A model generated the notes under the pieces. The model saw only the letters and a list, made by a program, of their open reading frames with translations, was not told the DNA's origin and made no database searches. DNA of 64,000 nt, from the NCBI GenBank assembly GCA_965659675.1, contig CBFHWY010000004.1, positions 8,110-72,109 on the forward strand, read 5' to 3'. This stretch comes from Salibacteraceae bacterium. Lineage in GTDB: Bacteria > Bacteroidota > Bacteroidia > Flavobacteriales_G > Salibacteraceae. Both the position numbers and the translations under genes were made by a program. This document shows positions 1-8,585 of the stretch, in pieces. How positions within the stretch are numbered: position 1 is the stretch's first letter; every line of letters starts with the position of its first letter.

Positions 1-114
1 AAGAAAGATAATATCGAGGTTTCAGGAGATCGCGAGATCGTTGCCTTGATCGCTTATCTCCAAAGACTTGGAACAGATATCAACGCAAAGGAACAAACCG
101 CTTCAAACGAATAA
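1..114 (+). CDS. ccoO: 3' end of cbb3-type cytochrome c oxidase subunit (CcoO or fused CcoNO), truncated by window start
   Basis: Frame 1 open from base 1 to TAA 112-114 (...REIVALIAYLQRLGTDINAKEQTASNE). YLQxLG-type tail, followed by the ccoQ-ccoP-ccoG-fixH gene order. Confidence 0.6.
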   Translation, partial: KKDNIEVSGDREIVALIAYLQRLGTDINAKEQTASNE

Positions 115-117
115 GTT

Positions 118-303
118 ATGTTAAAGTATATCAAAGGACACATGGATTCGATCGCGGGAATTGAAATATTTCCATTGATCTCTTTCCTCATCTTCTTCAC
201 CTTCTTCATCGCCTTGCTATGGTGGGTTTTTAAGATGGATAAACAAAGTGTAAAAGAGATCTCGGCACTTCCATTAGATAATCAATCAGATCACAAAGAA
301 TAA
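118..303 (+). CDS. ccoQ: CcoQ/FixQ-like small membrane subunit of cbb3 oxidase
   Basis: 61 aa with a single TM segment (IFPLISFLIFFTFFIALLWWVF), placed between ccoO and ccoP. Confidence 0.7.
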   Translation: MLKYIKGHMDSIAGIEIFPLISFLIFFTFFIALLWWVFKMDKQSVKEISALPLDNQSDHKE

Positions 304-313
304 AGCTATCGTC

Positions 314-1486
314 ATGAAATCACTAGTTATTAAATCAAGTTTAGCTCTTGCCCTGACCTTAGGAGCTAACGAGCTGTTTGCTGCAGAAAGCGAATCGATG
401 ATGAACTTGCAGACAGACATGGGAATGCTCCTTCTTCATTCAACAATTACCCTTTTACTGCTTGTCATTTTTCTTGTGCTTGCCGGGGTGGTGAAGAATA
501 TGAGCTCAAATAAACGCTTAAGCGACCTCATCAAAGCAAATCGCGCTGCGAAAGTGATGTTGATCGGTTTCTTTTTGAGCATTGGTGGAACTGCGATGGC
601 TCAAAACGCTACAAGTGCAGAATCATTGCCTTTTGTGATGAGCGATAGCCTGCTTTGGACCTTCATTACAGTGGATGTGCTGTTGGTCTCGCTGATCCTT
701 TACGAAATATCACTGATCAAAAAGATCTTTAGAATGGCTGCCCCTCCTTCTGAAGCCGAAGCGGTGGAAGAGAATGATTGGGCCGTTGCCGGAATCAAGT
801 TAACCGATAATGTTCCTCTCGAAAAAGAAGGGGATGTTATGCTCGACCATAACTACGATGGCATTCGTGAGTTGGATAATAATCTTCCACCATGGTGGCT
901 TTACGGCTTCTATGTAAGTATCGTGTTTGCCGTGGTCTATGTCATCTACTTCCACTTTGCTGGTGGACTCTCACAGGCCGAAGAATACAATCAGGAAATG
1001 GCTCAGGCCGAAAAAGAGGTTGCCGCTTATTTAAGTTCACTTTCCAATTTGGTTGATGAGTCGAACGTGACACTGCTAACGGCTGAATCTGACCTGGCTT
1101 CAGGAAAAGAGATCTACAATACAAACTGTGCTAGTTGTCATGGTATGAACGGTGAAGGTGGGGTTGGACCAACCTTTGCAGATCGCTACTGGAAGCACGG
1201 TGGTGGAATCAAAAATGTATTTAGTACCATCAAGTACGGTGTGGTTGAGAAAGGAATGATCTCCTGGGAGTCATCGCTTTCTCCAGGTGAGATGCAGAAA
1301 GTTGCCAGTTATCTCTTGACCTTTGAGGGAACCAAGCCACCGGGAATGAAAGAACCTGAAGGTGAGCTTTGGGAAGAATCTGCTGCTGAAACACCTGCGC
1401 CGGCAGAGGCTGACTCAAGTGATGAGAACTCTGAAGAACCAAAAGAAGCTGAAGCTAGCTCTGAAGAAGAGGTAGCTCAGTTATAA
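314..1486 (+). CDS. ccoP: cbb3-type cytochrome c oxidase subunit III (CcoP), mono-haem form with long N-terminal extension
   Basis: FixP N-terminal motif DHNYDGIRELDNNLPPWW, a single CxxCH (CASCHG), and an acidic C-terminal tail. Confidence 0.85.
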   Translation: MKSLVIKSSLALALTLGANELFAAESESMMNLQTDMGMLLLHSTITLLLLVIFLVLAGVVKNMSSNKRLSDLIKANRAAKVMLIGFFLSIGGTAMAQNATSAESLPFVMSDSLLWTFITVDVLLVSLILYEISLIKKIFRMAAPPSEAEAVEENDWAVAGIKLTDNVPLEKEGDVMLDHNYDGIRELDNNLPPWWLYGFYVSIVFAVVYVIYFHFAGGLSQAEEYNQEMAQAEKEVAAYLSSLSNLVDESNVTLLTAESDLASGKEIYNTNCASCHGMNGEGGVGPTFADRYWKHGGGIKNVFSTIKYGVVEKGMISWESSLSPGEMQKVASYLLTFEGTKPPGMKEPEGELWEESAAETPAPAEADSSDENSEEPKEAEASSEEEVAQL

Positions 1487-1493
1487 GTTCAGA

Positions 1494-1534
1494 GAACACC
1501 TCCATTCACCATTTTAAATTAAATAGAGGTGTTT
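1494..1534 (+). promoter_or_regulatory. Intercistronic hairpin spanning the ccoP-ccoG spacer
   Basis: GAACACCTC (1494-1502) pairs with GAGGTGTTT (1526-1534), 8 bp plus a G.U pair, with a 23-nt loop. The 3' arm ends 5 nt before the ccoG ATG. No U-run follows. Confidence 0.35.
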
Positions 1535-1539
1535 GACAC

Positions 1540-2976
1540 ATGAGTGAAGAAAAAGTAATTTACGAACGCGATGAGTCCTTCCGGGACAGTATTGCCACCG
1601 TTGATGAATCGGGAAAACGAAATTGGATATTCCCGAAAAAACAAAGCGGAAAGTACTTTAAATGGCGCACCTACCTTAGTTGGGTATACCTGGCCGTGTT
1701 CTTTGCAGCTCCCTGGATCAAGATTGGTGGAGAGCCTCTTTTGATGCTCAATGTTATCGAGCGTAAGTTCGTGATCTTCGGTCAGATCTTTTGGCCACAG
1801 GACTTTCACCTTTTTGCCCTCTTGTTCATTACCTCTATCGTCTTCATCATCCTCTTCACCGTGGTGTATGGAAGGATCTTTTGTGGCTGGGTTTGCCCGC
1901 AAACCATTTTTATGGAAATGGTATTCCGGAAGATCGAATACTTCATTGAAGGTGACGCTCCCAAACAGAAAAAGCTAGACCAGCAAGACTGGAATTGGGA
2001 AAAGATCAAGAAACGCGGCTTGAAGTATATCGTATTTTACGCTGTTTCTGTGGCCATAGCACATACTTTTCTCGCCTATCTGATCGGTAGCGATGAGCTT
2101 CTTAGAATGCAAATAGAAGAGCCGATGGCCAACATTGGTACGCTCGGACTACTTCTGATCTTTTCTGCTGTTTTCTACTTCGTTTTTGCCTACATGCGCG
2201 AACAGGTCTGCATCGCGGTTTGTCCTTACGGCCGACTGCAGGGGGTACTCCTGGATAGAAATAGTGTGGTTGTAGCCTACGACTACGTGCGCGGAGAGAA
2301 GCGCGGACCCTTCAAAGGCAAAAGAGAAAACCGCCAGGAGGTGGGCAAGGGAGATTGCATCGATTGTCATAAGTGTGTGGATGTTTGTCCCACAGGAATC
2401 GACATCAGAAACGGGACTCAATTGGAATGCATCAACTGTACGCTATGCATCGATGCCTGCGATTCCATTATGGATAAAGTGGGCTTTGAACAAGGTCTGA
2501 TTCGATATGCCTCTGAAGAGCAGATCGCAAACAAAACTGAGTTTAAGTTCACCGGCCGCATGAAGGCTTACTCTGTATTGCTTTTCCTGTTGATGAGTTT
2601 TGTGGTCACGCTTTTCTTCCTGAGAACGGATGTGGAAGTTTCCATCTTCAGAACCAAAGGCCCTCTGTATCAGATCGTGGACGAAAGTCATATTAGCAAC
2701 CTTTACAATGTGAAGCTGGTAAACAAAACCAACAATGATCTTGACTTAACTTTAAAGCTGCTAAACGCAGAAGGTGAGATCAAATTCATTGGGCAGGAAG
2801 CAAGTACGATCTCCATTGAAAGCCAGCAAAAAATTGAAGGTGTGATGTTCCTCACCGTTCCAAATGACCAGCTTACGGGAATGGCTACAGAACTTGAAGT
2901 GGGAGTTTACAATGGAGAAGAGGAAATTGATATAGTAACGACCAACTTTCTTGGTCCAACAAACATGAAACGATGA
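1540..2976 (+). CDS. ccoG: Cytochrome c oxidase accessory protein CcoG (polyferredoxin-like, 4Fe-4S)
   Basis: Cys clusters CPYGRLQG, CIDCHKCVDVCP and CINCTLCIDAC; TM segments; cco context. Confidence 0.9.
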   Translation: MSEEKVIYERDESFRDSIATVDESGKRNWIFPKKQSGKYFKWRTYLSWVYLAVFFAAPWIKIGGEPLLMLNVIERKFVIFGQIFWPQDFHLFALLFITSIVFIILFTVVYGRIFCGWVCPQTIFMEMVFRKIEYFIEGDAPKQKKLDQQDWNWEKIKKRGLKYIVFYAVSVAIAHTFLAYLIGSDELLRMQIEEPMANIGTLGLLLIFSAVFYFVFAYMREQVCIAVCPYGRLQGVLLDRNSVVVAYDYVRGEKRGPFKGKRENRQEVGKGDCIDCHKCVDVCPTGIDIRNGTQLECINCTLCIDACDSIMDKVGFEQGLIRYASEEQIANKTEFKFTGRMKAYSVLLFLLMSFVVTLFFLRTDVEVSIFRTKGPLYQIVDESHISNLYNVKLVNKTNNDLDLTLKLLNAEGEIKFIGQEASTISIESQQKIEGVMFLTVPNDQLTGMATELEVGVYNGEEEIDIVTTNFLGPTNMKR

Positions 2977-3410
2977 AATTTACCTGGGGAACTGGAATAG
3001 CGATCTTCTTTAGCTGCTTCGTGGCATTCATGTTATTCATGGTCTATCAAACCTCACAGCAGGACTTTGATCTGGTAACGGAAGATTATTATTCTGCGGA
3101 ATTGGCCTACCAGGATGTGATCGACAGAACGGAAAACTATCTAAAGCTCGGGGAGAAGATCCGTATTGAACGCTCTGGTGAAAACCTAAGGGTCATTATG
3201 CCTGAAAATGCTTTAAATGATCAGTCTAAAACACAGCTCCACCTGTTTCGACCATCAGATGACCTGATGGATAAGGTCTATGAGTTTAAGGGCTCCAATA
3301 CGCTTATCGAAGTTCCCGCTGCCGACCTGAGCAAAGGTAAATACCTGATCAAACTGGCATGGACCACTGGTGAAGTACCTTATTATTTTGAATCGGAGTA
3401 TTACTACTAG
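2973..3410 (+). CDS. FixH family protein
   Basis: 145 aa with an N-terminal TM segment (GTGIAIFFSCFVAFMLFMVY). ATGA overlap with ccoG in the typical cco position. Confidence 0.75.
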   Translation: MKFTWGTGIAIFFSCFVAFMLFMVYQTSQQDFDLVTEDYYSAELAYQDVIDRTENYLKLGEKIRIERSGENLRVIMPENALNDQSKTQLHLFRPSDDLMDKVYEFKGSNTLIEVPAADLSKGKYLIKLAWTTGEVPYYFESEYYY

Positions 3411-3413
3411 GGT

Positions 3414-4112
3414 ATGTGGAGCGCTGCGATCATATTAGGTCTTGCCAGCAGCTTGCACTGTGTGGGGATGTGCGGACCCATTGCACTCGCACTGCCGCTT
3501 AACCGCAAGTCTGAATTTACTAAGGTCGCTGGCCTGATCGCCTACAATTTCGGCCGAATACTTAGCTACGCTAGCCTTGGATTGACCTTTGGGGCCCTGG
3601 GAAAAGGACTCTATATTTTTACCCAACAACAATGGCTCTCCATTGGTGCCGGTGTGCTCATGCTGATCATGGCATTTCTTCCGAATTCTATTCAGTTCTT
3701 CTCAGGCAAGCACCGATGGTTTGTTCGATTTCAGCAGTCGTGGAAGAACGCTACCGCTAAATTCTTCAAACGCAACAGCCTCAAAAGCCTATTCAGCATT
3801 GGGGTCTTAAATGGTTTTCTTCCCTGCGGAATGGTGTACGCTGCCCTTGCCGGTGCTCTGGCGAGTAGCAGTGTTTTAGGCGGAATCTACTTTATGCTCT
3901 TTTTTGGACTGGGAACCATTCCACTTATGTTTGGACTCGCCTATGCTGGTGATCTGATCAACTTGAAACAGCGCTTGCGTTTTCAAAAAATGATTCCCAT
4001 AATGTTGGGACTTGTGGGTATCATGCTCATTATAAGAGGCCTCGGACTCGATCTGGGACATTTTAGTCCAAGTGTCCTGGCCAACCAGGCCTTTATTGCG
4101 ATCTGCGGCTAA
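3414..4112 (+). CDS. Sulfite-exporter TauE/SafE-like (DsbD_2-like) membrane protein associated with the cco cluster
   Basis: Multi-pass membrane protein with an N-terminal HCVGMCGP motif, immediately after fixH. Confidence 0.7.
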   Translation: MWSAAIILGLASSLHCVGMCGPIALALPLNRKSEFTKVAGLIAYNFGRILSYASLGLTFGALGKGLYIFTQQQWLSIGAGVLMLIMAFLPNSIQFFSGKHRWFVRFQQSWKNATAKFFKRNSLKSLFSIGVLNGFLPCGMVYAALAGALASSSVLGGIYFMLFFGLGTIPLMFGLAYAGDLINLKQRLRFQKMIPIMLGLVGIMLIIRGLGLDLGHFSPSVLANQAFIAICG

Positions 4113-5044
4113 AGCAACAAATACTCAAAACTCGGATGTCCGGATTGGCCTTCCTGATCGTAATAGGAAGTAAAACGGAGCTTGTAAACAAAGCCTTTTG
4201 AGTCTCTGATCAAATAGCTTCGATTTGGCACTATTTCATAGAACGCGGCATCAAAATCGTATTCTTTCCAGTCATAGCCAATGATGTCTTCCTCAGAACC
4301 CAAAACATCAGCACGCGCTTCATAAAAGGCGTAATCGATCTCATCAAAACTCTGGTCATCCACCTGCCGAATCTCAGTCGAATTACCGGAAAGGGCTCCA
4401 GTCACCAAATAGTAAACTCCTTCATCAGGAAAATACTGGGGGTATCGCGTGAATACCAGATCATAGGCATCAGGGGCTATCAGGTCAAAAGTGCTTTGCT
4501 CACTGAAGCTATAGTAAGAAGCCTTTGGTGCGCTTTGTTTCTCCTGCTTTGTTCCACCAAGTTCTGCTGTCTCTAAGAGGTACGAATCTCCTTCATCCGT
4601 AATTCGCGCCAAAAGAAAACCAAGGGGTAAACCTTCGCCGCTTATTCCAAGATCAAGAACATAAATATTTGTATTTGCTTTGAGCACTTTTTCACCCTTG
4701 CCAGAAGAGGGATCATATTGAAAACTCAATCCAGAGGTATCTGAAATTTCATCAAAGGAAGTGGCATTAGTCAGCGCTGCCGCCATGTAGCGTGAAGGGT
4801 TCAATCTGATTTCCGATTCATCCAGGTATAAATCCCAGTCGGATAATTCACATTCATCAATGATCTTTTGTTCAGAAAGTGAATAGAAGACCATTTTGCT
4901 GAAGCGTTGACCCATTTCGAGCTCAACTACGTTTACGTCGCCTCTGTCATAGGGCGCCACAGGCTCCTCCTCTGGAATACAAGAGCCCAAAATGAGCAGT
5001 AAAAAAATGCTCCAGAGCTTATTTAAATACATCGATACTCGCAT
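4109..5044 (-). CDS. HmuY-like lipoprotein (putative haem/metallophore-binding)
   Basis: Lipobox LLILGSC; WDL/YDL..F motifs; IGYDWKEYDF and FVYKLRFTSYY resemble the HmuY fold; downstream of a TonB receptor. An alternative ATG lies at 5032. Confidence 0.55.
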   Translation of the reverse strand: MRVSMYLNKLWSIFLLLILGSCIPEEEPVAPYDRGDVNVVELEMGQRFSKMVFYSLSEQKIIDECELSDWDLYLDESEIRLNPSRYMAAALTNATSFDEISDTSGLSFQYDPSSGKGEKVLKANTNIYVLDLGISGEGLPLGFLLARITDEGDSYLLETAELGGTKQEKQSAPKASYYSFSEQSTFDLIAPDAYDLVFTRYPQYFPDEGVYYLVTGALSGNSTEIRQVDDQSFDEIDYAFYEARADVLGSEEDIIGYDWKEYDFDAAFYEIVPNRSYLIRDSKGFVYKLRFTSYYDQEGQSGHPSFEYLLL

Positions 5045-7193
5045 TCACAAAAAAGTTTCTTCCATTCGCCACAAAGGCAGCCCCGTTGCCTCCTCCATGC
5101 ACTCCCGCAATGTTGTTTTGGAGTACCTGGGTGACATCCAAAATATTTCTGACTCCGAATGTCAGCTTAAGTCTTTCTTTAAATAGCCTTTGACTGATCT
5201 GTGCATCCACCATGCCATAGGCCTCCTGAGGAGTTCTTTCGATCTCCCCGGTTTCTGAATTGAATATGCTGATGTATTGGCGCAAAAAAGCTGAGCCAAA
5301 AACAGACAAACTTGTATTCCACTCATCGAAGCTATACATGAACTGACTGCTGATTCGATTGGAATAATCAAGCCCTGTCCCAAAGTCAATTCCGATGATA
5401 TTGTAGTCGATTCTCCAATCAATGGCATCAGCCGTAAGATGATATCCTGTATTGATACCCTGACTTCTGAAATTGCCAATATTCTGATAGGTGGCTTCGA
5501 GTGGCGTGAGTGTAACTAACTCGATCTTATTTGTAATGTCGTTATAGAAAAAGCTCGCCTCCAGTGAGCTCTCGTATTTTCCGAACTTGAGCAGTTGAGT
5601 GAACTTTAGCTGGTAGGAGTCGCCATCCTCCGGGTTTAGCTCTGCATTGCCATAAACCTCGTGATTTGAATCTATGAAGTTCAAATAAGATTCTTTGATA
5701 CTCGCAATGCGGTAGGCTCTTCCATAAGATGCGCGCATGATCAAATTTTCTGTCAAGGGGATTCTACCCTGAATGGCAAAGATCCATGGAGTCCAGTTTT
5801 GATTCATGATGCCACGTCGCAAACCGAGTCTCCAGGTGGTGGTCTTCACTCTTTGCTCGTAACTTCCATAAAGTGCCAGCTCATTGTTCGACTGCATTCC
5901 TTCAGCGATCCTCGGTCCGCGCAAGCGCTCCTGATTCGCATCAAAGCCGAGGAGAAATTTCGTTCTTGCGCTGTATTCATAATTGGTGATGAGTTTCATC
6001 CCCTCTGCATTAAACCTTTGGGTGTCTTGTTCTGCCGGATCAGGGGTAAGCTGCTGCTCCAGGGTGGTCAGGTCTTTTGAAAAAGTATTCTTGATCTGCT
6101 CAAAATAGTTTTGATGGAGCATTAGCCGCGCATTAAACTTCTCGCCTGGCGTCCATTCTGTACTCAAAAGTTGATCTGCCCGTAACCTGTGATATTCTCT
6201 ATCGATCGCCTGTTCTCCATATGGCTGAATGGCCTGACCGCGATCCAGTAGATATGAATCCGACAGGCGACTACTCAGGTTGATCATCCAATTTTTCGTC
6301 TGTCTACTCAATTTGAGGTTACCATAATACTGTTCTTTGGGCAACCAGGTCCATCCGCGATCCAGGTCCTCGGCATTCCAACCCTGGAAGAAATTTCTTC
6401 CGGCAGACAAACTCAGGCCGTTCTTGCCAAAACCCTGATCAAAGGATGCTCCGAAATTGTATGTGCCATTACCAGTAATATGCGACTCAGCTCTAAGTCG
6501 GTGCTTTTGACTGAGGTTTGTTCTGGTTACAATATTGATGGCTCCCGCTAGAGCATTCGATCCGAATATCACCGACATTGGTCCCTCAATGATCTCAACA
6601 GCTTCGATTGAATTGGAGCTCACCTCACTTAAGTCGAGATTCCCCAGCATTCTCCCGATCATGGGAACCCCATCTACCAGTATTTTCACATTCTCTCCTC
6701 CAAGACCCATGATCTTCATGCTGTTCATGTTCATGGCATTGTCTCGGTTTGAACGCAGCATGGCTTGATGGGCCAGGGCCTGTTCGATGTTCTGGGCGCT
6801 CTGTGCTTCAATTTGCTCTGATGAGATCTTTCGAACATTCAGCACGCTTTCCGTAAGACTTGCCGTTGACTGGAAATCGGTGATCACGACCTCCTTGAGC
6901 TCCTCCTGAAGTTCACTGATGGTGATCCTGTTGCTTTTACCAGGAAATATGGTGTCGGCATGATAAGAGAAGCCTCTTTTATAGAACCACGCTACGCTGG
7001 GTTCTTTAATAGACCCAAGATCTGCGCGGCCCTTTTTATCTGTTCTGAAAACCTTGTCATTGCCATTCAGAAAGACTTCCACATTCTCAACGGCTTGCCC
7101 TCCGGCATGAACAAAAACAAGAGTTTGCTCCTGAGCAAATAGCCCAGAAGCAAACAAAATGAATACAATTGATATGAATTGTGCCTTACTCAA
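5019..7193 (-). CDS. TonB-dependent receptor with CarboxypepD_reg-like N-domain
   Basis: Signal peptide ...GLFA/QEQ; plug motif EAVEIIEGPMSVIFGSNALAGAINIVTR; long beta-barrel region. Confidence 0.9.
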   Translation of the reverse strand: MSKAQFISIVFILFASGLFAQEQTLVFVHAGGQAVENVEVFLNGNDKVFRTDKKGRADLGSIKEPSVAWFYKRGFSYHADTIFPGKSNRITISELQEELKEVVITDFQSTASLTESVLNVRKISSEQIEAQSAQNIEQALAHQAMLRSNRDNAMNMNSMKIMGLGGENVKILVDGVPMIGRMLGNLDLSEVSSNSIEAVEIIEGPMSVIFGSNALAGAINIVTRTNLSQKHRLRAESHITGNGTYNFGASFDQGFGKNGLSLSAGRNFFQGWNAEDLDRGWTWLPKEQYYGNLKLSRQTKNWMINLSSRLSDSYLLDRGQAIQPYGEQAIDREYHRLRADQLLSTEWTPGEKFNARLMLHQNYFEQIKNTFSKDLTTLEQQLTPDPAEQDTQRFNAEGMKLITNYEYSARTKFLLGFDANQERLRGPRIAEGMQSNNELALYGSYEQRVKTTTWRLGLRRGIMNQNWTPWIFAIQGRIPLTENLIMRASYGRAYRIASIKESYLNFIDSNHEVYGNAELNPEDGDSYQLKFTQLLKFGKYESSLEASFFYNDITNKIELVTLTPLEATYQNIGNFRSQGINTGYHLTADAIDWRIDYNIIGIDFGTGLDYSNRISSQFMYSFDEWNTSLSVFGSAFLRQYISIFNSETGEIERTPQEAYGMVDAQISQRLFKERLKLTFGVRNILDVTQVLQNNIAGVHGGGNGAAFVANGRNFFVNASIDVFK

Positions 7194-8394
7194 GAATCAA
7201 TCTTGTTCTAAATAATTGGCCTTCACTTTCGTAGCTTGCGATATAGCTTCCTGCCTGAAGATGACTGAGGTCGAGCCTTGCATTTACAAGAGCCTGATTA
7301 AAGACCTGTTGACCCGCTATATTCATCAAACTGAAGTTCTTTACATCCTGACTAAGGTTGAGCATGCCTTTCGCTGGATTTGGATAGAGTTTGACCTCTT
7401 TCTTACTCACGGCATCAAGTGCCGTGGGATTTCCTTCAGAGATCTTCGTGCGCTCAAATACATATTTGCTTTGGCTGCCTCCTTCGTAATCTGTGAAGAT
7501 CAACTTCCAGATCTCACCTGAGCTATTCTTTACAAAAAAGGCCAGTGAATCCTGTATGTCATATTGGAAGGTGGTTCTATTGAAGCTCTTCCAATCGTAT
7601 CCGATCTCGGTGATCGTTGTTCCCCAGTTAAGCCCTGAAGTATCATCACTTGCGGCTGGAACGCCCTCTCTTTGGGCGATCTCCAAACCTAAATTCACTT
7701 TGATTCCAGAAACTGGATAATATGCCGTTGTTGGTCCCGCCTGAATGGCCGCAACGTATTTGGTGAAGAGTATGTCCCAATCTGCAGCCAATGGTTCCTC
7801 ATCGATCACAGAACCAGAAAGCACATCGAAATAAACGTAATTCACGGCAGCATAATCTGACTTACTGATGGTTTGGGTGCTTTCTGAGCTTCCATCCAGG
7901 TTGGCATAAGTAAAATCAAAAGTTCCATTGGCTATCATGGAGTTGATCTTGATCTTCTTGAAGCTACCATCAGCAAGTTTCATCACAAAGAAGCGTGAGG
8001 CATTCACGTCCTTGGTGAAATTGTTGTAGGTTCCCCATCCATAATCAGGATGTACGCCTGAACCCACATTGTTGAATGCTCCTGTTTCCCAGTCTTCTGA
8101 TGAGTTGTAGATATTGTCCCACGACATTCCCGTCGTATCAAAACTTGCCCAATCATTCATATCCGATGATGCAAGGTAAAGCTCAACTCCGTTTCCTTCG
8201 TTGATCAGGATGCTTGCACTTCGGTTCTGAACATTGAAGGCCACATGCCAGTTGGTGCGGTCAACAAATGTCTCTGAATCGTCAGAGAGACTATAAAAAA
8301 CGTCATTCGTATCGAGTGTAATGACTGAATCTCTTTCAGCTCGCAGAACCAAACTGAAAACTAAAAATGTAAGCGTGATGTAAAGTTTGTTCAT
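7186..8394 (-). CDS. HmuY-like domain protein with T9SS C-terminal sorting domain
   Basis: NWHVAF and DWDILF motifs; IGYDWKSFN; GEIWKLIFTDY. C-terminus KLYPNPAKGMLNLS...GSYIASYESEGQLFRTRLILE is typical of a Por secretion tail. Confidence 0.6.
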   Translation of the reverse strand: MNKLYITLTFLVFSLVLRAERDSVITLDTNDVFYSLSDDSETFVDRTNWHVAFNVQNRSASILINEGNGVELYLASSDMNDWASFDTTGMSWDNIYNSSEDWETGAFNNVGSGVHPDYGWGTYNNFTKDVNASRFFVMKLADGSFKKIKINSMIANGTFDFTYANLDGSSESTQTISKSDYAAVNYVYFDVLSGSVIDEEPLAADWDILFTKYVAAIQAGPTTAYYPVSGIKVNLGLEIAQREGVPAASDDTSGLNWGTTITEIGYDWKSFNRTTFQYDIQDSLAFFVKNSSGEIWKLIFTDYEGGSQSKYVFERTKISEGNPTALDAVSKKEVKLYPNPAKGMLNLSQDVKNFSLMNIAGQQVFNQALVNARLDLSHLQAGSYIASYESEGQLFRTRLILE

Positions 8395-8486
8395 CGTTTT
8401 ATTTAATTAGACTGCAATTTTAAGTCTGAAAGCAGGGGGGCTATACCTGAAGAAGAAATAAAAATACCCCATAAAGAAAATTTACA

Positions 8487-8514
8487 TGCCCCAATTAGGT
8501 AAATTTGCCCCAAT
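8487..8514. repeat. Direct repeat TGCCCCAAT x2 (19-bp period) flanking/overlapping a -7 box
   Basis: Exact 9-mers at 8487-8495 and 8506-8514 in the divergent spacer between the receptor operon and the AraC gene. Confidence 0.4.
8500..8507 (+). promoter_or_regulatory. -7 box TAAATTTG (TAnnTTTG) upstream of the AraC gene
   Basis: Exact consensus match, 78 nt upstream of ATG 8586. Confidence 0.3.
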
Positions 8515-8585
8515 CGGTGAACCATAGGCATAATAGCGCGTTTAGACCTTAACGAGAAAAGTATGCACACACAAAATACCCTGAA

